Part shown: piece after piece, positions 27,781 through 37,012 of the stretch | Layout of the letters: each line of letters starts with the position of its first letter | Numbering within the stretch: position 1 is the stretch's first letter | DNA from: an uncultured Zetaproteobacteria bacterium | GTDB lineage: Bacteria; Pseudomonadota; Zetaproteobacteria; Mariprofundales; Mariprofundaceae | Direction of reading: 5' to 3' | NCBI GenBank assembly: GCA_964407235.1 | Contig: CAYOUW010000003.1 | Coordinates: 1 to 51,965 of the forward strand | Length of the DNA: 51,965 nucleotides | Notes under the pieces: model-generated | The model's input: only the letters and a program-made list of their open reading frames with translations | Databases searched by the model: none | What the model was told of the DNA's origin: nothing | Program-made: the position numbers and the translations under genes

Positions 27781-27858
27781 ATTTCCGTCTGGGTGGACCC
27801 CGGGTTCATCCGCCGTGTTGTTGGGGTCGGGTTTCCGGCCCCAATCGCATCGGAACAG

Positions 27859-27935
27859 CGGGCGAATAGCTCAGCTGGGAGAGCAACGGCTTTACACGCC
27901 GTAGGTCACAGGTTCGATCCCTGTTTCGCCCACCA
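27859..27935 (+). tRNA. tRNA-Val (anticodon TAC)
   Basis: GGGCGAATAGCTCAGCTGGGAGAGCAACGGCTTTACACGCCGTAGGTCACAGGTTCGATCCCTGTTTCGCCCACCA. Confidence 0.9.
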
Positions 27936-27962
27936 GTTCGCTTACTTATCATCTGTATTTCT

Positions 27963-28039
27963 GGAGCGGTAGTTCAGCTGGTTAGAATGCCGGCCTGTCA
28001 CGCCGGAGGTCGCGGGTTCAAATCCCGTCCGCTCCGCCA
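27963..28039 (+). tRNA. tRNA-Asp (anticodon GTC)
   Basis: GGAGCGGTAGTTCAGCTGGTTAGAATGCCGGCCTGTCACGCCGGAGGTCGCGGGTTCAAATCCCGTCCGCTCCGCCA. Confidence 0.9.
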
Positions 28040-28046
28040 TTTTCGG

Positions 28047-28074
28047 GAGGGTGCCTTGCGCACCCTCTTTTTTT
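28047..28074 (+). terminator. Rho-independent terminator after tRNA-Asp
   Basis: GAGGGTGC-cttgc-GCACCCTC followed by TTTTTTT. Confidence 0.75.
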
Positions 28075-28210
28075 ATTCATGATGACTTCGCAAGAAGTCA
28101 CCATTTGGCGTGGCGCACCTTTCGGAGAGTGGAAGCTCCTCATTACGCCTTGCTGACGGGAAACGGTTGTCCTGTTGACCTCCACGATCTTCAATTTACA
28201 CTTCACTGCC

Positions 28211-29149
28211 ATGATTCAATCGGAAGCCTTAAGCCGTTTCTTTGGCGACCAGTCTGTGATACGGGATTTGAGCTTCCATGTGAAACGTGGCGAGGTGATG
28301 GGGCTTCTGGGGCCGAATGGCGCGGGCAAGTCCACCACGATGAAAATACTAACCTGTTATCTGCCGCCCAGTTCGGGGACAGCCATCATAGACGGGACTT
28401 CTCTCGACGAGGATAGCATTGCTATTCGCAGGAAGATCGGATACTTGCCGGAGAATGCGCCTTCATACGGCGACATGCATGTGACATCCTATCTCCGCTT
28501 CATCGGGCGCATGCATCAAATTCCTGTAGCGACGCTGAGTGATCGTATTGCTGAAATGGGGCGCGCCTGCGGACTGACGGCAGTCATGCACCGCCGTATC
28601 AGCCAGCTTTCCAAGGGATTCAAACAGCGCGTAGGGTTGGCGGCAGCCATGTTGCATGATCCGGCGTGTCTGATTCTGGACGAGCCGACGACGGGACTTG
28701 ATCCCAACCAGATTCTTGAGATCCGTCAGTTGATTCGCACCTTGGGCCAGAAAAAAACAGTGCTGTTATCATCGCATATATTATCCGAGGTGGAAGCCGT
28801 GTGCGACCGTGTGATGATTATCGATAAAGGGCGACTGATTGAAATGGGTACAGCCAGCGAACTGGCCAATCGCATTCAGGGCGGAAGCAGGGTGGAAGCG
28901 GTTATCAGGGGTGATGCGCAGGCCTTGCTGAAGATGCTGGAAAAGACATTACCGGATGTTGAAGGGGAGGTGCTGGATGCAGATGAAGGGGGGCGGCTGA
29001 AACTTCGTCACGGAAGCAGAGGAACAGCATTGGCCGAGGCCGTCTTTCATGCGGCCGTGGCATGTGATTGTGCAATTGTGGAAATGCGGCGCGAACAGGT
29101 TAGCCTAGAAGATGTGTTTCATCGCCTGACGCAGGAAAATCAGGCATGA
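28211..29149 (+). CDS. ABC transporter ATP-binding protein (ABC-2 / GldA-like)
   Basis: Walker A GPNGAGKSTT; signature LSKGFKQRV; Walker B LILDEPTTGLD. ATG 28211 (MIQSEALSRFFGDQ). Confidence 0.85.
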   Translation: MIQSEALSRFFGDQSVIRDLSFHVKRGEVMGLLGPNGAGKSTTMKILTCYLPPSSGTAIIDGTSLDEDSIAIRRKIGYLPENAPSYGDMHVTSYLRFIGRMHQIPVATLSDRIAEMGRACGLTAVMHRRISQLSKGFKQRVGLAAAMLHDPACLILDEPTTGLDPNQILEIRQLIRTLGQKKTVLLSSHILSEVEAVCDRVMIIDKGRLIEMGTASELANRIQGGSRVEAVIRGDAQALLKMLEKTLPDVEGEVLDADEGGRLKLRHGSRGTALAEAVFHAAVACDCAIVEMRREQVSLEDVFHRLTQENQA

Positions 29150-29856
29150 AACCGATTTCCGCCATTATCTGGAAGGAATGGCGTACGGCGGTGGATACGC
29201 CGTTGGGTTATGTGATTGCAGTCGCCTTTCTGCTGGCTTCCGGTTTCTTTTTTGGCAATCGTTTGTTTCTGACAGGGCAGGCGGAGATGCGAAGTTTCTT
29301 TGCTATTTTACCGGTATTGCTGATGTTTTTCATTCCTGCCATGAGCATGCGGGCGCTGGCCGAAGAAAAGCGTAGCGGCACCTTTGAATTGTTGGCCACC
29401 CTGCCGATCAGTACGACGCAGATTGTGGCTGGAAAATATCTGGCAGTATTGCTGCAAACAACGGTGCTGCTGGGACTCACGTTGCTGTATCCATTGACGC
29501 TGGCGATGCTGGGCAATATCGATGGCGGGCAGATTGCCGCTTCCTATCTTGCGGCATGGTTGCTCGTTGCGGCGTATGTCGCAGCCTGCATTTTTGCATC
29601 CTCGTTGACCAACAATGCCGTGGTGGCTTATGTGCTGGGATTTTCCATGCTGCTGACCGTATTCTTGCTGGCGCAGGCCGTGCCATTGCTTTCTCCCGCG
29701 ATGCAGAACTTTCTGTATATCATCAGTCCGATTTCCCATTATCAGAGCATGCTGCGCGGCGTGGCGTATATGGAAGATGTCGTATTCCTGTTGTCCCTGT
29801 GCTGGGTATTTCTGGTAGCTGCCCACTTCCAGCTTGAACGCCGGAGGTGGATGTAG
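29146..29856 (+). CDS. ABC-2 type transporter permease (GldF-like)
   Basis: Six hydrophobic helices; N-terminus AIIWKEWRTAVDTPLGYV is typical of ABC-2 permeases. Start overlaps the ATPase stop. Confidence 0.75.
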   Translation: MKPISAIIWKEWRTAVDTPLGYVIAVAFLLASGFFFGNRLFLTGQAEMRSFFAILPVLLMFFIPAMSMRALAEEKRSGTFELLATLPISTTQIVAGKYLAVLLQTTVLLGLTLLYPLTLAMLGNIDGGQIAASYLAAWLLVAAYVAACIFASSLTNNAVVAYVLGFSMLLTVFLLAQAVPLLSPAMQNFLYIISPISHYQSMLRGVAYMEDVVFLLSLCWVFLVAAHFQLERRRWM

Positions 29857-31424
29857 TGGCGTCCGGAATGGATCGCAGAAAAGGCGTTCGCCGCAAGGCG
29901 TGGCTGGGACTGCTGACGGGCCTGTTGGCGGCTGCCGCCGTTACCATGGCCGCGAGTGCGATCAATCTGCGCTGGGATATGACCGCTAATCACATGTACA
30001 CCTTGTCCGATTCTACGCGAAACGTGTTGAATAAACTCGATGAGCCCGTGATGATCCGCGCCTATATAACACGGGGTTTGCCGCAGCCCTATGGCCAATT
30101 GCGGCACTTTATCGCGGATATGTTGCGATCCTATCATGAAGCGGGCCATGGTAATGTGGGGTTCGAAATTATTGATCCGGCGGATGATCCCAATGTGGCT
30201 GCATCGCTGGCCGCGCTAAATATTCCCAGGGTTCGGGTGCAGGTTGTTGAAGGTGATCAGGCTCAGGTGAAGCAGGGATATATGGCTGTGGTAGCCGAAT
30301 ACCTGAACAAGAAGGAAACTATTCCCGTGGTGCGCGGCGAGCAGGGTTTTGAATACCTGTTGACAAGCAAAATCAGGAAACTGACTGGCAAGGGACGCGT
30401 AAAAATTGGCGTGGTGGCCGGATTCGGCGCCAGGAGGCTGGCCCGGTTGCAGGCGTTTCAGCAAAAGGTTTCGGAAGATTATGAGCTGGTGACGGTGAAA
30501 CCGGATAAGAAGCCGGTTGGCAAGGGCGTTCGGGCGATGATTGTGGCCGGATTTGACGAGGCGCCCTCGGAAGCCATGCGATATGCTCTGGATCAATTTC
30601 GCATGTCGGGCCGGGGGTTGCTCATTCTTGCGGGTAATGCCGACCCGCAGCTTAGTCAGGGCTTTATGGTACGAAGCGTGGATGCCAAAGCCAATGTATG
30701 GTTGAAGGATTTCGGTATCGCGGTGGAGCCGGGGCTGGTAATGGACCCGCGGGCGGCGCGCATCAACGTCAACCAACGGCGTGGTATGTTCCTGTTCAGA
30801 AGCGTGGTGAATTACCCCTTTGTTGCTAAGGCGGAGGGCCTGGATAAGGCCAGTCCGATCACGCACGGACTGCAAGCAGTGTCCGTACCCTTTGCCTCGC
30901 CGCTGACATGGATCGGAGACAAGCCTCATGGCACCGTATTGCTGGCATCATCCGCAATGGCATCAGTGCAGGCGGGACCGCCTTATGATGTGGATCCGCT
31001 GGTTCCCATGAGCAGGCGATTCGATGGTTTAACGCGCAGGCAAGTGGATTTGGCGTTGATGGAACAGGGTGTCGCTGAATCCGTATTCGCCACGCCACCA
31101 AAAAGTGCGCTTGCTACGGGAAAATATATACCTGGCACGGCGCATGCGCACGTGGTTGTGGTGGGCAGCCGTTCCTTACTGGATGACCAGTTTATGAGTA
31201 ACGGAAATCTGGCGTTTGTACTCAACACGATAGATTGGCTGGCTGGCAATCGGGGGCTGATTGATTTGCGTTCACGCGGCGTGACTCGGCGGCCTCTGAC
31301 GACACTGACGGCGGGGGAGCGCGCCATCTACAAAGGGGTGTGGATGTTGGGTTTACCCCTGCTGGTTGTACTCATCGGTCTGTGGCGCTGGCGCAAGCTG
31401 CGCGCATGGGAGGCGGCAGCTTGA
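29847..31424 (+). CDS. GldG-like ABC-transporter auxiliary protein
   Basis: N- and C-terminal TM anchors with a large periplasmic domain; RWDMTANHMYTLSDSTRNVLNKLDEPVMIRAYIT is typical of the GldG family. Confidence 0.7.
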   Translation: MDVVASGMDRRKGVRRKAWLGLLTGLLAAAAVTMAASAINLRWDMTANHMYTLSDSTRNVLNKLDEPVMIRAYITRGLPQPYGQLRHFIADMLRSYHEAGHGNVGFEIIDPADDPNVAASLAALNIPRVRVQVVEGDQAQVKQGYMAVVAEYLNKKETIPVVRGEQGFEYLLTSKIRKLTGKGRVKIGVVAGFGARRLARLQAFQQKVSEDYELVTVKPDKKPVGKGVRAMIVAGFDEAPSEAMRYALDQFRMSGRGLLILAGNADPQLSQGFMVRSVDAKANVWLKDFGIAVEPGLVMDPRAARINVNQRRGMFLFRSVVNYPFVAKAEGLDKASPITHGLQAVSVPFASPLTWIGDKPHGTVLLASSAMASVQAGPPYDVDPLVPMSRRFDGLTRRQVDLALMEQGVAESVFATPPKSALATGKYIPGTAHAHVVVVGSRSLLDDQFMSNGNLAFVLNTIDWLAGNRGLIDLRSRGVTRRPLTTLTAGERAIYKGVWMLGLPLLVVLIGLWRWRKLRAWEAAA

Positions 31425-32011
31425 AGCGTGTGATTTTGTGGGTGGGTCTGTTGGTCCTGACAGGCTGGTCCGCATGGCGGTTTTCACAGCCTGATGTCGT
31501 ACCGCAGTCGCATGCGTCCCTGGTGGCGCCGGACATTTCAAAAGTCGCCGTCATTGAGCTGATGCCTGCGTCCGGAATACGCATTCGTTTGAAGGAAAAG
31601 GATGGAACATGGCTGCTGGCGGGTTCGCCGGATGTGCCTGCTAATCGCGAATCGGTGAGTCATTTGCTCGATAATTTGGCTGATATGCGCGTGATTCGCG
31701 TGGTGACGCATACGCATGCGCATGACGATACGCTGGGTATGAACAAAGGCGTCAAACTTGTTTTACGGGATCAGGCAGATACTGCATTCTTTCATCTGAC
31801 GGTGGGGAAACAGGGCAGTGATCTGATTTCCACTTATGTGCGCGTCGGACGATCTCCGGAAGTTCTGGCGGTGAACAAGTCCCTTGCGTGGCAGGTGACG
31901 CGCAGTCCGAATGCGTGGAAGGCGCCGCCATCGAAGCCCGGTGATGCAAGCGGCGCCGCCAGGAAAACCAGTCAGGGTGGAGGAAAGCTTTTACCTCCCG
32001 AAAATTTATGA
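31406..32011 (+). CDS. DUF4340-domain protein (partner of GldG-type ABC systems)
   Basis: N-terminal anchor LKRVILWVGLLVLTGW, then the DUF4340-like pattern (VAVIEL...DGTWLLAG...ANRESVSHLLDNLADMRV). The start is ambiguous (ATG 31406 or TTG 31421). Confidence 0.6.
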   Translation: MGGGSLKRVILWVGLLVLTGWSAWRFSQPDVVPQSHASLVAPDISKVAVIELMPASGIRIRLKEKDGTWLLAGSPDVPANRESVSHLLDNLADMRVIRVVTHTHAHDDTLGMNKGVKLVLRDQADTAFFHLTVGKQGSDLISTYVRVGRSPEVLAVNKSLAWQVTRSPNAWKAPPSKPGDASGAARKTSQGGGKLLPPENL

Positions 32012-32152
32012 CTTCGTAAGGATTCATCAAAGTGCCCATGGATGGGCTTTTTACGACTTCATCATCTTTGATTTGATTCTGTTTGATTGCGATGCGCGCA
32101 TGACGCATTTTCCACCCTTGCGGCAAGAGGTCGTATCATCCACGATTGCCCC

Positions 32153-34522
32153 ATGAGTCACCTTGTGAAGAGAACCGTCAAATATAGTCTGGTTTCCCTT
32201 GTTTTGCTTGCCGCGGCGTTGCTTGCAGCGCCATTCTTTATCAATGTCAATCACTATAAGGGCCTGATCCTTGAAAAAGCTGAGCAGGCGACGGGACGCA
32301 AGATTGAGATGGGTGAATTGCATGCCTCGTTTTTCCCATGGGTCGGCATGCGTGTGGATAATGTACGTATTTCCAACCCCCGCGGCTTCCCGAATCCAGG
32401 TTTTTTACAGGTCAAAAGTCTGGATGTGCGTCTGGCACTGTTACCTTTGTTGAGTAAGCATATCGAAATCAAACGTTTCGTACTGGATAGCCCGAGGTTG
32501 ATACTGGAACGCAATGCCGACGGTATCGGAAACTGGAAAGATTTGTTTCCTGCTTCGAGAAAGAATGCACAGGCGGGGAACGTGGGCAAAACATCCCGGA
32601 CGCCTGTCGAGGGCGGGGGCTGGCTGATTGCCTTGAGCGCCAAATCCCTTCAGATGCTGAATGGCCAGGTGCGTTACCGGGATAGCCGTTCGGGAAAGGA
32701 TATCGTCTTGAGCGAACTTGACATTACGGTGGATGATGTACGGCTCGATCGTCCGGTGCATGTGCAAGCTTCCGGAAAATTCTCCGGAAATTTCTTTTCC
32801 GTAAAAGCGGAAGTGGGACCCTTGGGCGATTTGTCTGAATTCAATATTGATAGGTTGCCTGTACAGGCCAATATTCAGGCTAAATCGATTGCGCCTGAAA
32901 AACTTGCGGCGTTTATCCCGGTGCTGGCCGGATTGGGTAAAGGTACGCTGGGCATGGATATCAATGTAGAGCAGAGGCCGGATGGCATGCGTGTCACAGC
33001 GGGATCGCTGGCGTTGCATGGCGCACGTGAAGTAGATATGGCATGGAAGATTGAAATGCCCAAACCGGACCGCATGACGCTGGATCATGTGGTGGTGCGC
33101 GTGGGCGGAGAAAAGGTTGCTGAAATGACAGGGACCGTACGTGGTATCGGGCATCGCTTACAATATCAGGTGCGTGTGAACACGCCAGCATTGAGTCGCG
33201 GTCAGTTGTCGGCATGGATACCGGGTTTGCAGGCTTTGTATGCGGCGAATTCCACGCCCTGGGAGCAGGTTAAATTAGGGCTATTGGCCGCGGGCGATAC
33301 ACAGCACATAGAATTACGGGATTTGCAGTTGATACTGAATGATGAACTGGTTCAGGCCTCCGGGAACATTCAGTTTGGCGCTGCGCCCGTTGTTCGGCTG
33401 CGGATTGCATCGAGATCCTTGCATATCGATCCGTGGTTGCCGCGGCCGGAAAAAGGTGGAACTCAAAATCAGGCGCCTGTGCATGATGCCCTGAACATTC
33501 GGATAGTGCCCGATGCCCATGCGGCGGAAGGCGCAGGGATCGGGCAGCCTGAGGGCGTGTCAGGCAGCGAGGGAATGGCCAAAGAGCCGGATTTGCGTTT
33601 TCTGAAGAAATGGCGCGTTACAGCCGGGCTACAGGTGGATCATTTGTTCCTGTACGGGCTTGATATGGCGAATTTGCGTGCGACTCTTTCCGGGAAAAAC
33701 GGTGTTTTCAATCTGGATCCTTTGCGATTTGAACTGACGGGAGGTCAGGTGAGCGAGAAGGCCGGTTTCATCGTCAGTCGCTACCCCGTTCGCTGGAGCG
33801 AGTCGACGAAGGTCCGGGGCGTACAGGTTCGACCCGTGCTCAAGGCCGTGGCCGGAACCGATATGCTTTCCGGTATTGCGCAAATAGAGACGAAGCTGAA
33901 CGGAGTGGGTCTGCTGCCGGACGCCGCAATACGGAGCCTGAATGGCACGGGTAATGCTCTGTTGCGCGATGGTATGATAAAGGGTTTTGATATTGCGGAA
34001 ATATTACGTAATGTTGCCGCGCATGGTCAGCGGATCGGCCCCCGACAGACCGATTTTTCACAGCTTTCCGGAAGTTTCAAAGTGAAAAATGGTGTGGTAA
34101 GCAATGATGACTTGTTCATGGCTTCTCCTTTGTTTCGCCTCACCGGTTACGGGAAAATCAATCTTGTCGCCATGACCATGAATTACCATGTGAAGCCCCG
34201 TTTGGTGGGAAGTATGGCGGGACAAGGCGATACCGAGACGGCGAGGAAAGGGTTAGTGATTCCTCTTTGGATTACAGGCCCTCTGGATGCGCCCAAAGTC
34301 AAAGTGGAAATGGATATGAAAACACTGCTGGGAAACGTCGCAAATGTTAAAGATCTTATCAGGAAGGGCAAAGGCGGAGGATGGAAGAATATCTTGAAGG
34401 GGGTTCTGCGGGGAGGTTCCGCCACCGGGAACCCGGAGCCGTCCACGGCACCGACGCCGACGCCGGCAAAACCGGTGGATCAAATACGGCAGAAACTGAA
34501 AGGTTTGATTCCGGGATTTTAA
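32153..34522 (+). CDS. AsmA-family outer-membrane biogenesis / lipid-transfer-like protein
   Basis: N-terminal anchor, then FINVNHYKGLILEKAEQATGRKIEMGELHASFFPWVGMRVDNVRISNP (AsmA N-domain). C-terminal AsmA_2-like region (LNGQVRYRD..., FKVKNGVVSNDDLFMASPLFRLTGYGKINL). Confidence 0.8.
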   Translation: MSHLVKRTVKYSLVSLVLLAAALLAAPFFINVNHYKGLILEKAEQATGRKIEMGELHASFFPWVGMRVDNVRISNPRGFPNPGFLQVKSLDVRLALLPLLSKHIEIKRFVLDSPRLILERNADGIGNWKDLFPASRKNAQAGNVGKTSRTPVEGGGWLIALSAKSLQMLNGQVRYRDSRSGKDIVLSELDITVDDVRLDRPVHVQASGKFSGNFFSVKAEVGPLGDLSEFNIDRLPVQANIQAKSIAPEKLAAFIPVLAGLGKGTLGMDINVEQRPDGMRVTAGSLALHGAREVDMAWKIEMPKPDRMTLDHVVVRVGGEKVAEMTGTVRGIGHRLQYQVRVNTPALSRGQLSAWIPGLQALYAANSTPWEQVKLGLLAAGDTQHIELRDLQLILNDELVQASGNIQFGAAPVVRLRIASRSLHIDPWLPRPEKGGTQNQAPVHDALNIRIVPDAHAAEGAGIGQPEGVSGSEGMAKEPDLRFLKKWRVTAGLQVDHLFLYGLDMANLRATLSGKNGVFNLDPLRFELTGGQVSEKAGFIVSRYPVRWSESTKVRGVQVRPVLKAVAGTDMLSGIAQIETKLNGVGLLPDAAIRSLNGTGNALLRDGMIKGFDIAEILRNVAAHGQRIGPRQTDFSQLSGSFKVKNGVVSNDDLFMASPLFRLTGYGKINLVAMTMNYHVKPRLVGSMAGQGDTETARKGLVIPLWITGPLDAPKVKVEMDMKTLLGNVANVKDLIRKGKGGGWKNILKGVLRGGSATGNPEPSTAPTPTPAKPVDQIRQKLKGLIPGF

Positions 34523-35133
34523 TGTTTGAACGATTGAGGTTACACCCTGATCGGCCTCATGCCCGGTTAATTCGGCATGCTGCTGAATGTATGCGGCATG
34601 GGCTGGCAGCAGTCGTTCCGACGGAGACGACCTACTCATTGATGGCGCTACCCGATGCTTCCGGAGCAATTTCCGGCATACGCCGTTTGCGGCAACTGGA
34701 CAAGCAACACTGGTGGTCGCTGGTGTGTAGCGATTTATCGCAGGCCGCTCGCTATGTGCGCATGGATAATAATGCGCACCGCGTTCTCAAACGTTGTTTG
34801 CCGGGTCCGTATACATTTATTCTCCCGGCAAATTCACAGTTGCCCCGCCGCATCTTTGGCAAACGCCACGATGTGGGTATTCGCATGCCAGCCCATACCG
34901 TATGCCGGGCGCTTTTGCGGGAACTGGGCAGCCCCCTTTTGGCAACGACGCTGATCTTTCCTGATGAGGCCGATGAGGCTGTTGATCCGGATGAATTTAT
35001 TCCTCGCCTGAAAGGAACGAATATACTGGTGCTGGATGCGGGTCGCGGCGGGGTTGCGCCCACGACCGTCATTGACCTGTGCGGCGACGCTCCGAAACTG
35101 ATGCGGCAGGGGGTGGGCGAGTGGCCCGCGTAA
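34522..35133 (+). CDS. YciO/Sua5/YrdC-family (L-threonylcarbamoyladenylate synthase-like) protein
   Basis: VPTETTYSLMA...HWWSLVCSDLSQAARYV...LPGPYTFILPA...VGIRMPAH is characteristic of the YrdC fold, YciO subtype. ATG overlaps the asmA stop (TAATG). Confidence 0.8.
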   Translation: MFERLRLHPDRPHARLIRHAAECMRHGLAAVVPTETTYSLMALPDASGAISGIRRLRQLDKQHWWSLVCSDLSQAARYVRMDNNAHRVLKRCLPGPYTFILPANSQLPRRIFGKRHDVGIRMPAHTVCRALLRELGSPLLATTLIFPDEADEAVDPDEFIPRLKGTNILVLDAGRGGVAPTTVIDLCGDAPKLMRQGVGEWPA

Positions 35134-35178
35134 TCGAAAGAATAAAGGGGCGTTGAACGTGGCGTATTTATGTTGTGG

Positions 35179-35458
35179 TTAACCCTGCCCTTTACCCATA
35201 AGTCATGTCACAGAACCCTTGCACACGGGCCATACCTGCGTTGCGGCGCTTGCCAATGGAACCACCATAATCTGCGCACCGCGCCTTGGTCTGACCCGTG
35301 TGCAAGGGTTCCCTTCGGGCGAGTCGCCCGGCGGCCATCTGTCTGCGTTGCACTCCCTTGCAAGGGGGCTACCATGGCCGCGGGAGTGCGCCTTGCATAT
35401 GACCGCCGGGCAAACTCTCTCCGCTGTGACACGACTTATGGGTAAAGGGCAGGGTTAG
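35179..35458. mobile_element. Repeat family 2, full-length 280-bp element with 35-bp terminal inverted repeats and highly structured GC-rich core
   Basis: Left end TTAACCCTGCCCTTTACCCATAAGTCATGTCACAG vs reverse complement of right end CTAACCCTGCCCTTTACCCATAAGTCGTGTCACAG (33/35). Internal perfect stems: 16 bp (35214-35229 / 35295-35310), 8 bp CCCGGCGG/CCGCCGGG, 8 bp GCACTCCC/GGGAGTGC. The only ORFs are overlapping ones on both strands with no credible product. Confidence 0.7.
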
Positions 35459-35501
35459 CTTTCTGCGTGTTTCATCTTTTAATGACGAGGAATGCCTCAA
35501 T

Positions 35502-36905
35502 ATGACTGACAAGAAGGTTAATGCCGTGTCCATGACGCCGGAAGAGCGGAAATCCGCTGTATCGCTGGCGGGTATCTTCGGGTTACGCATGCTCGGCCTG
35601 TTCCTGATTCTTCCGGTATTTTCTCCCTATGCCCACAACCTGGCGGGTGCCAGTGAACATCCGATGATGGTGGGCATTGCTCTGGGTGCGTATGGCTTGA
35701 CCCAAGCGTTGTTGCAGGTTCCTTTTGGCATGTTGTCCGACAGGATCGGGCGTAAACCGGTGATTGCCGCCGGCATGTTGCTGTTCGCCATCGGCAGTGC
35801 CATTGCCGCCATGTCTGATTCCATTACCGGCGTATTGATCGGCCGGGTGATTCAGGGTTCCGGGGCGGTGGCCGCCGCGATTATCGCGCTGGTAGCCGAC
35901 CTTACTCGCGAAGAACACCGCACCAAGGCTATGGCCATGATTGGCATAACGATTGGTGCGTCATTTATGATTTCGATGGTGGCAGGCCCCGTTCTCGGGG
36001 ATCTCATAGGCGTATCCGGCATTTTCTGGCTGACGGCGGTGCTATCACTTGCCAGTATCCTGTTCCTGTATCTGGTCGTACCCGATCCGAAGCGTCAGGT
36101 ACATCACCGCGATGCCGAGGTTACGGCCGGTATGTTGGGGCGGGTGCTGGCCAATAAAGAATTACTACGGCTGGATTTTGGCGTCTTTGTATTGCATGTG
36201 GCTTTGACGGCGATGTTCGTGGTTTTGCCGATGGTGTTGATGGACCCATCGTCTCCCTTGCTGGCGAGCGCCGCGCAATGGAAGCTGTATTTGCCGGTGA
36301 TGGGCGCATCTTTTGTGCTGATGGTGCCGCTGGTGATTGTCGCGGAATCCAAACGAAAGATGAAGCAGGTATTTGTGTTTTCCATTGCCTTGCTCGCTAC
36401 TGCTCAGATAGGGATGGCGTTATGGGGGGCGTCACTGGCGGCTATCGCGGTATCATTGTTCGTGTTCTTTGTCGGATTTAATGCGTTAGAAGCCACACTA
36501 CCATCGATTATCTCCAGGATTGCGCCTGTATCGGCCAAGGGAACGGCAGTGGGCGTCTATAATACCTGCGAGTTCTTCGGTGCATTTATTGGCGGCGTTC
36601 TGGGTGGATTTTTGTATATTCCAGCCCGGCACAATGAAGCTCAAACTTTTCTGGTCATTGCAGGATTGCTGATTTTGTGGCTACTGGTGGCGCTGACCAT
36701 GGCCCCGCCCCGTCATGTAGCGACGCGCATGTTACACATTGAAGTCCCGGATGAGAGTGCCGCGGAAAGGTTGCGGCAACGCCTTCTGGCCATTGATGGC
36801 GTGGTCGAAGTCGAAATATTTGCAGATGAGCAGGTTGCATACTGCAAAGTCGATAGCAAGATCCTGGATGATGACATATTGCACGCGGCGGTTCAGGCGG
36901 CCTGA
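35502..36905 (+). CDS. MFS transporter with C-terminal degenerate HMA-like (ferredoxin-fold) domain
   Basis: Twelve-plus hydrophobic helices; MFS loop motif GMLSDRIGRKPV. The C-terminal ~65 aa MLHIEVPDESAAERLRQRLLAIDGVVEVEIFADEQVAYCKV follows the HMA beta-alpha-beta-beta-alpha-beta pattern but lacks CxxC. Confidence 0.8.
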   Translation: MTDKKVNAVSMTPEERKSAVSLAGIFGLRMLGLFLILPVFSPYAHNLAGASEHPMMVGIALGAYGLTQALLQVPFGMLSDRIGRKPVIAAGMLLFAIGSAIAAMSDSITGVLIGRVIQGSGAVAAAIIALVADLTREEHRTKAMAMIGITIGASFMISMVAGPVLGDLIGVSGIFWLTAVLSLASILFLYLVVPDPKRQVHHRDAEVTAGMLGRVLANKELLRLDFGVFVLHVALTAMFVVLPMVLMDPSSPLLASAAQWKLYLPVMGASFVLMVPLVIVAESKRKMKQVFVFSIALLATAQIGMALWGASLAAIAVSLFVFFVGFNALEATLPSIISRIAPVSAKGTAVGVYNTCEFFGAFIGGVLGGFLYIPARHNEAQTFLVIAGLLILWLLVALTMAPPRHVATRMLHIEVPDESAAERLRQRLLAIDGVVEVEIFADEQVAYCKVDSKILDDDILHAAVQAA

Positions 36906-37012
36906 ATTGGCGCTTCTTTTGCTAGTGTGATTGATGAATTTGTAAAAAGGTCGACCATGGCCTTCTTACGGATTCATTATGATTGGGGATCAATAAAAAA
37001 GAGGTAATTAAT

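Noticed and set aside
35170-35590. Four overlapping 73-91-aa ORFs on both strands across the family-2 repeat element.
   Set aside because: They are mutually overlapping in a GC-rich, perfectly base-paired element. The sequences are low complexity, and the element's ends recur elsewhere without the ORFs.
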